DNA from: an uncultured Candidatus Saccharibacteria bacterium
Lineage (GTDB): Bacteria > Patescibacteriota > Saccharimonadia > Saccharimonadales > CAZVRA01
DNA: 64,000 nucleotides
Reading direction: 5' to 3'
Assembly: GCA_964630055.1 (NCBI GenBank)
Contig: CAZVRA010000001.1
Coordinates: 91,569-155,568, forward strand
The translations under genes were made by a program, and so were the position numbers. This document shows positions 26,752 to 35,393 of the stretch, in pieces (the stretch's first letter is position 1; every line of letters begins with the position of its first letter). Below the pieces are notes generated by a model, which did not search any database, was not told where the DNA came from, and saw only the letters and a program-made list of their open reading frames with translations.

Positions 26752-28497
26752 CTAAAGCTGCGGAGTTATTTCGTCTAGGGCCTGATTAACTGTTCGGACT
26801 GCTAAGCCGCTAGCGGCTATTGCTTGAAAGTGCTGCTCTAGCTGGCTTGGCGTGGTGTTCCAGTAATTATCGGGTATATCTGCCGAGGGGTCGGTAGCGT
26901 GATAGACCAAAATTAGCCAGGTTTTTTGGGCGGCCGCTTGGGCTAACCAGCTTTGCACCTCGCCAACTGTAGTCGTAGCAACAATGTTTTGAACTTTTAG
27001 ATCATAAATATCGAAATTATTTTTGGCGTTGTAGCCAGGCTCTACGCCGCGGTGTGATCGATAATACTGCTTAATTTTTGCCAAAGTGGTCGAATTGTAT
27101 TCGCCGTATGGACTAGCAAAATTAGCCGGTTGACTGCCAGTTATGGTGGCAAGCCCGCTTCGTGAGGCGCTTAGCTCGGTATTAAGTTTGCTGCTGGTAA
27201 CTTGAGTAAGGTGCGGATGACTAACTGTGTGCGAGCCAATTTCCTGGCCAGCTTGTTTAAACGCAAGCATCATGGTTTTGTCCATGTAATATGGGTCGGT
27301 GGTCAATCCGCTTATCATGTAATTGGTGCTTGTCAGATTATATTTGGTCAAAAGAGGCAGGGCATAGGTGTAGTTGGACCGAATCGAATCGTCGAAGGTA
27401 ATGCTTACTAAACCTCGGCTAAAACCAGTTGGCCTAAAAACATGCAAGTCGTAAGCGTCGGTTGTGAGCGTGCCAACAGCTGCCAAAGACTGATAAAAGG
27501 CGGCTTTTTTAGCACCAGCCGGCATAGTAAACTGGGCGTAAAATTTATTCCAACCCGGGCTGGCCATGGCAGTACCCACATATCGCCATTGTTCACTGTT
27601 GTCTTGATTGGTTATATGAGCATAAATATCGGTATTGACAGTACTCTTATACCAGTTGGTGTATTCGTATGTGGTATTTTCGGCCACTAAGGCAGCCTGT
27701 GGCTCCCAGAAAGCATCACCAGAAGTATAAGAGCTGGTTTTTACTTGAATGGCGCGGGATCCGTCACGGGCGCCGCTGCTTAAATAAGCAAAACTGCTGG
27801 TATTGACGCGTGATTTGTTGGTAGACCATGCTTGTGGCGTATTGCCCTGGGCTGTTTCTAGAGACGGGTTTAACAACACATTGCTGCCATCAACAACTGG
27901 CGCGATTGGTGGCGCGGCTAAGCTTACAGAATAATCATCGGTTTGCAACCAGCCATTACCAGCCAGCAATTGAAAAATTGTGATTGTTTTTGCAGTTGGC
28001 GATGTGCGAAAGTCTTGCTGGTAGTTTTTCCAGTCGGCACTGGCGGCTTGTCCGCCCAGCCACTGGTAATTGCGAGAGCCATCGATATTGGTTGTTTGCA
28101 TTAAATAATCGGTATAAACCGACGACTGGAACCAGTTAGAAAATGTGTAGTTTGTGTTTGGGGTAACCTGTATTGGGTCAAAAAACCATTTGGCATCGCC
28201 CGAGCTGTAGCTGCTAACGGTTACTTTTAGGCTTTTTGCACCGCTGTGGGCAACCGAGCTATATTCAAAGTTCGAGCTAAGCGAGCCCCAGCTATCGGCT
28301 GTCCAGCTCTGAGGCTTTAGCGGATTATTCGGGTCAGCAACCTCGGCTGAATTATTGGCAACTAAATTAGGGCTATCGGCAAAGGCTTTGCTGGTAAATG
28401 AAACCGCATTCAATAATATGGTTAATAAAGCAATAGCCAGTAGGTATAAGAATCTACCGCCAATAATAGAGGTGTTTTTGATTAATCTCCGCAACAT
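26752..28497 (-). CDS. secreted polysaccharide deacetylase (NodB domain) with two N-terminal CBM_4_9-like modules
   Basis: NodB motifs VSITFDDS and GSHTVSHPHL. Two ~170-aa internal repeats (...SGAKSLKVTVSSYSSGDAKW... / ...DGSRAIQVKTSSYTSGDAFW...). N-terminal signal anchor. Confidence 0.8.
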   Translation of the reverse strand: MLRRLIKNTSIIGGRFLYLLAIALLTILLNAVSFTSKAFADSPNLVANNSAEVADPNNPLKPQSWTADSWGSLSSNFEYSSVAHSGAKSLKVTVSSYSSGDAKWFFDPIQVTPNTNYTFSNWFQSSVYTDYLMQTTNIDGSRNYQWLGGQAASADWKNYQQDFRTSPTAKTITIFQLLAGNGWLQTDDYSVSLAAPPIAPVVDGSNVLLNPSLETAQGNTPQAWSTNKSRVNTSSFAYLSSGARDGSRAIQVKTSSYTSGDAFWEPQAALVAENTTYEYTNWYKSTVNTDIYAHITNQDNSEQWRYVGTAMASPGWNKFYAQFTMPAGAKKAAFYQSLAAVGTLTTDAYDLHVFRPTGFSRGLVSITFDDSIRSNYTYALPLLTKYNLTSTNYMISGLTTDPYYMDKTMMLAFKQAGQEIGSHTVSHPHLTQVTSSKLNTELSASRSGLATITGSQPANFASPYGEYNSTTLAKIKQYYRSHRGVEPGYNAKNNFDIYDLKVQNIVATTTVGEVQSWLAQAAAQKTWLILVYHATDPSADIPDNYWNTTPSQLEQHFQAIAASGLAVRTVNQALDEITPQL

Positions 28498-28658
28498 TTC
28501 AGCATTTTATAACATTATTAACTATATGTCAAAATAAATTATTGTAGCAACATGCTTATGTCTACAAAATATACTTTACAAAAAGTCACAAAGCATGTAT
28601 AATTGGCATAACCTTATTTCACGGTGGAGTGATTTGGGCGCTTATTAAATAATAAAGT

Positions 28659-28856
28659 ATGGGACTTAACATGTCTGGAACAAACACAGGTTCTGCAGTA
28701 TTGTCGGCAACTACTATGGTTGGCGGTATCGCTGTTTTGCCAAACACTGGCGGCAACGTATTGCTAACAATCTTGAGTGTTGTTTGCATCGCAGCCAGCG
28801 CTGTAGTTTTGGTTAGCTTTGGCCTTTCTCGCCTAGTTGGCAAAACTCTTCGCTAA
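28659..28856 (+). CDS. mini LPXTG protein (61-65 aa): LPNTG + TM + basic tail with almost no mature domain
   Basis: MGLNMSGTNTGSAVLSATTMVGGIAVLPNTGGNVLLTILSVVCIAASAVVLVSFGLSRLVGKTLR. TATAAT at 28598-28603. Alternative start ATG 28671. Sortase gene 90 nt downstream. Confidence 0.5.
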   Translation: MGLNMSGTNTGSAVLSATTMVGGIAVLPNTGGNVLLTILSVVCIAASAVVLVSFGLSRLVGKTLR

Positions 28857-28948
28857 GCAGATAAACCACCAAACGTTAGTTTTATTAAAACCAAGGCTTT
28901 ACAACAATATGTTGGTAGTCTTTTTCAGGTTGTAGAAAAAAGGATAAT

Positions 28949-29575
28949 GTGGTGAGGACAACTTTTAGCTCTAGACGCCGTATAAAGGCGTTATGCTTGA
29001 TTGGAATTTTTCTACTGTCGCTAACGGCGATTGGTGTTTATTTTTGGTGTCGCCATAATGATTATTTAGCGCAAAAAAATCGACTGAATCAGGTAGTTAA
29101 AACCACCGATCAACGCTTTGCCGCTGCTTCCAAAACTGCCGCCGAGCCTCTGATTGAAGGACGGCCAACCAAGCTGGTTATTCCTAGGCTGGATTTGGTT
29201 GTATCAATTGTGGACGGACATTACATACCCGAGCAGCGCACCTGGACGGTCGCTGCCCAGGCCGCCAATTATGCCACTAACTCCAGCCTTAGCAACAATA
29301 AAAGTGGCAAAACATTTATTTATGGTCATTGGTACGACTCTGTGCTTGGCCGGACTAGCCGTTTGCAGCCCGGGGACGAAGTGCTTGTATACACCGACAA
29401 TAACCATGTTTTTAAATACTACTACCAGACGCAAGTGTCGCTAAAACCGACCGACACCTGGATTTTTGACGCTGCTAATTTGGGCGGCAAGCCCGGCTTA
29501 CAGCTAATGACCTGCGAGGGGGTGTGGGCCCAGAATAGGCGGTTAATGAAATTTGATCTAGGGGCGGCAGTATGA
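28949..29575 (+). CDS. sortase (208 aa)
   Basis: N-terminal TM ALCLIGIFLLSLTAIGVYFW. His in TFIYGHW, Cys in LQLMTCEG, Arg in QNRRL. GTG start after AAGGA. Confidence 0.8.
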   Translation: MVRTTFSSRRRIKALCLIGIFLLSLTAIGVYFWCRHNDYLAQKNRLNQVVKTTDQRFAAASKTAAEPLIEGRPTKLVIPRLDLVVSIVDGHYIPEQRTWTVAAQAANYATNSSLSNNKSGKTFIYGHWYDSVLGRTSRLQPGDEVLVYTDNNHVFKYYYQTQVSLKPTDTWIFDAANLGGKPGLQLMTCEGVWAQNRRLMKFDLGAAV

Positions 29576-30891
29576 GCGCGTCTTTAATAATGCACTATTT
29601 TGTATACTTTGTTTTGTGCATTAGCATAATCAATATATTACGCCTAATGGTTATGATGGTCGGCTCCGACATTTACGAGGTCAAAAAACAGCTCAAATTG
29701 CGTCAGCAGAGGCGCCAGTTAAATAGTGGTCAAAGACCGTATCGACCCTATATTTCTGTTATTATTCCGGCCCACAACGAGGAGCTTTGCATAATCCGCA
29801 CAGTTAAGTCGGTTCTGGCTAATGACTACGCTTACAAGCAGATTATTGTGGTTGATGATGGCTCAAAGGACAAAACCCTAGGTAAGCTTAGGTATTTTAA
29901 GAAAAAACACCAACTGAGCAAGCTGGTGATTGTGCACCAAAAACAGCAGGGTAAAGCCGAGGCAATCAATAACGCGCTGCGCAACCACGTTCGGGCTAGC
30001 TTGGTAATGGTGCTTGATGCCGACTCTATATTACACCCAGAGGCTCTGACTCGTATGGTTCGTCATTTCGAAGATCCACTGGTGGGGGCGGCAGCATCAA
30101 ACGTTAAAGTTATAGATTCGCCGCGTCTGCTGACTCTGGCCCAACGTTTGGAGTATGTTGTTTCGTATCGGATGAAGCGTGCTTTAACTACTATGAATAT
30201 GGAGTACATTATTGGCGGCGTGGGCTCGACTTTTCGCCGGTCTATTGTCCGCCAGGTAGGCTTTTTTGACAATGACACCATGACCGAAGACATTGAGTTT
30301 ACCATGAAGGTGATTGCCCAAAAGGGTAATAGGCAGCACAAGGTGACTTTTGCTGCTGACGTTTTGGCCTACACGGAAGCTGTGCTAACCTTTGGCGCAC
30401 TGCTAAGACAACGCTTTCGTTGGAAGTATGGTCGTATGCAGACGTTTGTTAAAAACCGTCAAATATTTTTTAGTCGAGACAAAAAGCACACCAAGCGCCT
30501 AACTTGGGTTAACCTGCCATTTGTGGTTTTTAGCGAAGGACTACTGCTACTGGACCCCTTACTGAGCGGTTTTGTTTTGTTTGCCGCCATACGTTTTGGA
30601 GGTGTTATATCACTACTCAATATATATGTTGTGGTAACGCTATTTTGTTTGTTGAATGTTTTGGGCGAGTCAACCGAGTCGTTGCGTTCCAAGGCTAAGC
30701 TAATTATGCTAGTGCCTTTTGCCTATCCATTGCTATTAATCATGTCATCGGTAGACTTTTTTGTGCTGGTCAAATCTTTGGTTAAGTTCCCGGCAATTTT
30801 GCGGGGTAATTCTGGCAATTCTATTTGGCAGCCAGTTGCACGATCAGGTAGCGCGGCCAATTTACATAACAATCAATTAGGGATATCCTAA
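29572..30891 (+). CDS. processive family-2 glycosyltransferase (PNAG/chitin/cellulose-synthase-like membrane synthase)
   Basis: ISVIIPAHNEE, VVDDGSKDKT, VLDADS, TEDIEF and QRFRWKYG (D,D,D,QxxRW signature). TM helices at both ends. ATGA overlap with the sortase stop. Confidence 0.85.
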   Translation: MSASLIMHYFVYFVLCISIINILRLMVMMVGSDIYEVKKQLKLRQQRRQLNSGQRPYRPYISVIIPAHNEELCIIRTVKSVLANDYAYKQIIVVDDGSKDKTLGKLRYFKKKHQLSKLVIVHQKQQGKAEAINNALRNHVRASLVMVLDADSILHPEALTRMVRHFEDPLVGAAASNVKVIDSPRLLTLAQRLEYVVSYRMKRALTTMNMEYIIGGVGSTFRRSIVRQVGFFDNDTMTEDIEFTMKVIAQKGNRQHKVTFAADVLAYTEAVLTFGALLRQRFRWKYGRMQTFVKNRQIFFSRDKKHTKRLTWVNLPFVVFSEGLLLLDPLLSGFVLFAAIRFGGVISLLNIYVVVTLFCLLNVLGESTESLRSKAKLIMLVPFAYPLLLIMSSVDFFVLVKSLVKFPAILRGNSGNSIWQPVARSGSAANLHNNQLGIS

Positions 30892-30908
30892 GAATCGTTG
30901 GGTCAACA

Positions 30909-31805
30909 ATGAGCGAACAAAAAAGATGGCCTACTTTTGGCATAAATAAGGAAGTAAGAGGCTTAAGTCCCGAAACGACGTTTAAATACGGCATACCATA
31001 CGCGTGGGGCGCACTCCACGTGACTAGCCAGGCCGAAGAAGCTTATGGTTTTGTGCCGCTTACCGCTAACGCCATTAATGGCGATGGTATTGACATCACT
31101 AAGCAACCAGAAACCGGCATAAGAACTGACATATATCTTATGGGCCTGCAGGAGTTTACTGAGCATAACAACTTTGCTTTTGCATTATCCAACTTCGAAA
31201 TGAATGACATTGGCGTCAGTGCAGCCAGCATCGGTACAGATAAAATTGAGCTTCGACTGGCCTTAAGCCGTCATGCAGATGACCTAAGAGAATCCATTTT
31301 AGATGATATAAGTCGGATTGCCCACGATCTTGGTAGCGATATTGACGATGTAATGGACCACAATAATATGCCCATCAGCGAATCAATAGGGCAAAGTTCA
31401 TCTCAGATACTAATGCACGGCCTATGTGCTTTTACGGCCAGAAAAGTGCATGAATCTGCTGTGGAGCTGGCAAATGCTCAGCTTGATAAAAAGGCGCTCA
31501 GGCGCATGACTGCCTTAGGCGGCGCGGGACTGGCTGGTGCAGGGACGTTACTAACGATGAATGGCCTAATCAATCATGGTAACATTGACGTTTTGAGCGC
31601 TAGCTTGGCAATGTCCTACGTTGGTGCTTATGCCTATAACGCACGAAGAACAATAAAGCAGCACTTAGCGTCAGCAAGTGTTAGACAGCCTATTATAGAA
31701 GATAACGCCGAGCGCTATGCAATTATGGTCGCCGACGATGTGCACGCAACTTTTTGCTCGTCTCATTTCGACAACAATGCCGAACAAATGCTAAAAGACA
31801 ACTAG
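30909..31805 (+). CDS. hypothetical protein (298 aa) downstream of the GT2 synthase
   Basis: Long ORF with one or two hydrophobic segments (MTALGGAGLAGAGTLLTMNGL, LSASLAMSYVGAYAY). No family recognised. Confidence 0.55.
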   Translation: MSEQKRWPTFGINKEVRGLSPETTFKYGIPYAWGALHVTSQAEEAYGFVPLTANAINGDGIDITKQPETGIRTDIYLMGLQEFTEHNNFAFALSNFEMNDIGVSAASIGTDKIELRLALSRHADDLRESILDDISRIAHDLGSDIDDVMDHNNMPISESIGQSSSQILMHGLCAFTARKVHESAVELANAQLDKKALRRMTALGGAGLAGAGTLLTMNGLINHGNIDVLSASLAMSYVGAYAYNARRTIKQHLASASVRQPIIEDNAERYAIMVADDVHATFCSSHFDNNAEQMLKDN

Positions 31806-31847
31806 ACCCGTAGCCACCAAAAATCTATTTTGTGCTCCGAGTCAGAA

Positions 31848-32909
31848 CTAATGCTTAGTTTTGGCAGATAGTAAATGTCTACGCACCAAAGATAATGCCT
31901 CTACTGCACTAATGGCCTCAATGCTGGCTCCGGCTGCATGTTTGTGGCCGCCGCTTGCGCCCAGGCTACGGGCAATTACTGATATATCAATTTGGGTGTT
32001 TGGTTTGGAGCGGAAAGAGGCTCTGTACTGTCGCCTTGTTTTGTTGTAGTCTACCAGGCTTGGGTATACAATAAATCCCCAGTCTGCTCCTGTTATGGCA
32101 GTAATATATCTATTGCCAAAACTGGTGCATGCGGCCTTAAAATCACCGGGGCAATAATCTGCCGGCAGCCTATCCTGCACAAACTGGTCGCTAACAAAAC
32201 TATAACAATAGTTTGATTCTAACTTCATGTTGCTGGCCAGCTCGGCAACAATAGAGACTTGCTCTATGGTTAGCCGATTAATAACAGACGCCGCTCGGGC
32301 AATAGAAGCTTCGTCTTTTATTAATTGAGTGACAATCGGGAATGTCTCCGTGTAGTTATATGGGTAGGTAAAAAATCCGCTATCGTCGACCATGCCGAGC
32401 ATGGTAATTTGGCTTATGTTGGCCGGCTTATTTACGCCCAATTGATTAAAACATATCTGGTAGACTAGCTGTGTCGCCGAGGGTAAGTCGGCATTTTGTA
32501 TGCATACATCAAAATCCGTGCTGCTTTTATGATCGTGATGATCGATAACAATTGTTTTAATTTTGTGCTTTTTGATAAAAGCACTTATCTGGGATTGTTC
32601 GCCGCGCGTAACGTTGCTTAGGCTATATGTATCGGTCAGTATTAGGCAATCGGTCTTGCTAGACTGTAAGTAATCAATTATTGGTGCAGTTTTGATTTCA
32701 TGGCTATCGATAATGTCATTATGCTTTGGTTTATCTTCTAGAACTACCTGAATATGCTTGTTGGGCAAATTAAATTTTAGTGTCCGAGCAAGTAAAACCG
32801 CAGAACAAACAGCGTCATGATCGGGGTAGAGATGCGATGTTATGACTATATTTTGGGTGCTGTCTATGGTGTCGACGAACTTTTGTATTTCGCTAATTTT
32901 AAGGCTCAT
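31848..32909 (-). CDS. DHH/DHHA1 phosphoesterase (NrnA-like nanoRNase/pAp phosphatase)
   Basis: ITSHLYPDHDAVCS, VIDHHDH, C-terminal GASGGHKHAAGA (DHHA1 GGGH motif). Confidence 0.8.
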   Translation of the reverse strand: MSLKISEIQKFVDTIDSTQNIVITSHLYPDHDAVCSAVLLARTLKFNLPNKHIQVVLEDKPKHNDIIDSHEIKTAPIIDYLQSSKTDCLILTDTYSLSNVTRGEQSQISAFIKKHKIKTIVIDHHDHKSSTDFDVCIQNADLPSATQLVYQICFNQLGVNKPANISQITMLGMVDDSGFFTYPYNYTETFPIVTQLIKDEASIARAASVINRLTIEQVSIVAELASNMKLESNYCYSFVSDQFVQDRLPADYCPGDFKAACTSFGNRYITAITGADWGFIVYPSLVDYNKTRRQYRASFRSKPNTQIDISVIARSLGASGGHKHAAGASIEAISAVEALSLVRRHLLSAKTKH

Positions 32910-32950
32910 TATGACAGCCGCCGATCCAGGTCTTGTTTAGTCGGTTTAGT

Positions 32951-33027
32951 TGGTACCGGCGGAGGGACTCGAACCCCCGACCCTCTGTTCCGAAGACAGA
33001 TGCTCTAATCCACTGAGCTACGCCGGC
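32951..33027 (-). tRNA. tRNA-Arg (anticodon UCG)
   Basis: Reverse complement: GCCGGCG acceptor, D-arm GCTCAGTGGATTAGAGC, anticodon arm TCTGT-CTTCGGA-ACAGA, T-arm GGGGGTTCGAGTCCCTC, ACCA end. Confidence 0.9.
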
Positions 33028-33088
33028 ACCGTAACAGATTAACATATTTTGGCTAACAAGGGTAGGGATAATAAATAGACATTGTATC

Positions 33089-33186
33089 GCCACGCAACCC
33101 AGTGTGCGAGGCGCCTCCGCAGCAAGCCATGTTATATATAAACATGGCGCGGCGAGGACCAGTGCCGGCACACTGGGTTGCGTGGC
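33089..33186. other. 98-nt GC-rich extended hairpin (19-bp perfect outer stem) between the Lnt-like gene stop and the tRNA-Arg promoter
   Basis: GCCACGCAACCCAGTGTGC (33089-33107) pairs perfectly with GCACACTGGGTTGCGTGGC (33168-33186). Imperfect inner pairing. Apical CCATGTT-atatata-AACATGG. Confidence 0.6.
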
Positions 33187-33198
33187 AAGAACAACAGC

Positions 33199-34581
33199 TT
33201 ATTTATTGGACTTTTTGGCTTTACTATTTTTACTCTTTGTTCGGTGCAAGCCGAGATAGGCCAGAATCAGCAAACCGCTCCAGGGAATCAGCTCACCAGT
33301 TTTGGTATAAAAGGTGTGGCGGCTATTTGTCTGTACAGTTACGACCTGCGAATCTATGCCGCTAAACAGGGTTAGTAACTCTCCATTGTGGGTATAAGCA
33401 TAGCCAGTAGCGCCGTTGGCCGACTGCAAGTAGCCGCGGGCGTTGGCCACTGCCATGAATCGGCCAAATGACCGTTGTTGCAAAAAGAACACCGGTGAAC
33501 CCTGAAAAATCCCCAAAGAAGCCGAGTTGCTAAAAACATTAGCGCCGCGACTGGCTAGCCATCGGTAATCCTGGGGCGCGATTATGCTAGAGCAAACGGC
33601 AGCGCCAACCTTTACTCCGTCGCCAACCTCAAACGGTTCCAGTTGCTTTGGCCCGCGGATTACGCCTTTGGCGTAACTAAAATAGTTGAGCGTTCCGACC
33701 TGGCCGGTGGCTCGCAAACCAATACGCACCAGATAGGGCAGGTCCTCGCCACCCGGAATCAGCCGATATTTGTCCTGCGCCTGCAAAAATCCGTCTTGGT
33801 TGTTGCCAACATGCATACGGTTGATGTGGCCAGTTTGGTCATTCGGGAAAATTTGCTCCGAACCGAGGAAGTAGGTCTTTGGCTGACCAGCCGCCGGCTG
33901 CTCTAACCGCTGATCCAGGTTGCTGTTATTAATTTTTTCTAGGCCATATTCCGGAAACACAACCAGTTTTTCGCCCTCTGGCTTGATGGCCGGAATTCTG
34001 GCATCGAGCGTTTCGCTAACCACGCGGGCCGTTAGCTGGCTGCCATCGGCACTTCGCCAAATTAGCCAGCTGGCGGTAGATATTACTACCAGAATGGCAA
34101 GCGGCAGGTAGGCTAGGCGCCGAGTTTGGCGCTGCCCGAGCAAAAAAATGGTGGCCCAAACAAACCCGGCCAGACCATAAAAACCAACCAGTCGGCCAGC
34201 AAATACCAGGGGTGTGTTAGCCAGCAGCAGCGCCGGCGAGGCCAGTGGCAACACACTGTCCCACTGGGCTTGCGGGCCAACCCAAAAAAGAGTCGGCAGC
34301 CAGGCAACGGCGTAATCTGCCAGAGCGCCCAACCCAATGGTGGCAGCCACCACGGCCGCCGGATGCCAATTGGCTGGTAAGCGTCGTCGCCAAAACCAAT
34401 GGATTATAAACACCGATGCAAAAATCTCAAAAGCAAAAACAATCGATGCAACCACCATAGCCTGCGGCCGTGACCCCGCTAGGTCCAGCATGTCCGTAAA
34501 AAACACCCAAGACCAATTAAGCCCATACCAAACAACCAGCCCCAAAAGGACTGGTTGTTTTAACTTTCTTAAAACCTTCAC
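33199..34581 (-). CDS. apolipoprotein N-acyltransferase-like protein (polytopic N-terminus + carbon-nitrogen hydrolase domain)
   Basis: GTG start. About 7 TM helices, then KLVVFPEYGL (catalytic Glu context) and VGAAVCSSII (Cys context), as in Lnt/CN-hydrolases. Confidence 0.55.
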   Translation of the reverse strand: MKVLRKLKQPVLLGLVVWYGLNWSWVFFTDMLDLAGSRPQAMVVASIVFAFEIFASVFIIHWFWRRRLPANWHPAAVVAATIGLGALADYAVAWLPTLFWVGPQAQWDSVLPLASPALLLANTPLVFAGRLVGFYGLAGFVWATIFLLGQRQTRRLAYLPLAILVVISTASWLIWRSADGSQLTARVVSETLDARIPAIKPEGEKLVVFPEYGLEKINNSNLDQRLEQPAAGQPKTYFLGSEQIFPNDQTGHINRMHVGNNQDGFLQAQDKYRLIPGGEDLPYLVRIGLRATGQVGTLNYFSYAKGVIRGPKQLEPFEVGDGVKVGAAVCSSIIAPQDYRWLASRGANVFSNSASLGIFQGSPVFFLQQRSFGRFMAVANARGYLQSANGATGYAYTHNGELLTLFSGIDSQVVTVQTNSRHTFYTKTGELIPWSGLLILAYLGLHRTKSKNSKAKKSNK

Positions 34582-34595
34582 TGATTTTTCTTTTG

Positions 34596-35330
34596 TTATG
34601 GGTTTTTCTTTGTTGGTGCTGGCGCTGGAGCAGGAGCTGGTGCTGGTGCTGGTGCTGGTGCCGGAGCTGAATTTTTGCTAGGAGTGTTTGTACTTACAGA
34701 GCTTATTGAAACACTAATGTAACCGACATTCATAGCACCTGTAGCATATGTAGACAAGTAGGCACCTGACCCAGCTCTACTGTCGCTCCTAAGGTAGAAG
34801 GAAGGGGTGCATATATTAGTGTAAGAAGAAGAGGATATTGTTACTAGGTTGCCTCTGACGTAACCTTCAGGATTAGTGCCCATATTAGTTGCCTCGACTC
34901 TGGCTTGTGTGCTAGAACCAGACACAGATCTTACATAAGCACATACTTTTACAGGTAGCCCTGCGTTAGCTATGACAAAATCCGCTAACTTAGACTGGCC
35001 ACTACGATTTCTTGTAGAGTCGACGTTGAGAGAGTTCCCTGTTCTCACTACATCTATATTATTTTTCTCTCCTGTGGTTTCACGAATAATCTGGGTCCCT
35101 TGATCTCCTACTATGTCTGCGGGTAATAATTTTAGTTCGGGTGTCGCCGCAAAACTCCTATACACCATCACACCACCACCAATTACGGCAAAGGCTAGAA
35201 CCGTAACTATCAACATAGTCTTTGGTGACCTTGTATTAATCCTAGACAAAAAGCCAAACGTACTCTTTTTGGTATTAGCACTAGAACTAACCTTGGCTCG
35301 GCTAGCTACTTTAGGTTTAGTTACGGGCAT
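34596..35330 (-). CDS. secreted/anchored protein with C-terminal (Ala-Pro)9 repeat
   Basis: N-terminal basic region + TM [18 protein letters not shown]. C-terminus [26 protein letters not shown]. Confidence 0.6.
   Translation of the reverse strand: [244 protein letters not shown]
34614..34667. repeat. hexanucleotide tandem repeat (TGGTGC-type unit, 9 units) encoding (AP)9
   Basis: Codon-by-codon reading of 34614-34667 on the minus strand gives nine Ala-Pro pairs. Central units are identical (tggtgc x4). Confidence 0.9.
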
Positions 35331-35393
35331 ACAGATAATATCCTTATGATTAAGCTTATGTTAATTAAAGAGTAGTACGTGGGAGTTGGCGTG

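Noticed and set aside
28619-28843. 74-aa minus-strand ORF antisense to the mini-LPNTG ORF
   Set aside because: The plus-strand reading gives a coherent LPNTG + TM + basic tail next to a sortase, behind a TATAAT box. The minus-strand product has no features. The choice remains unverified without expression data.
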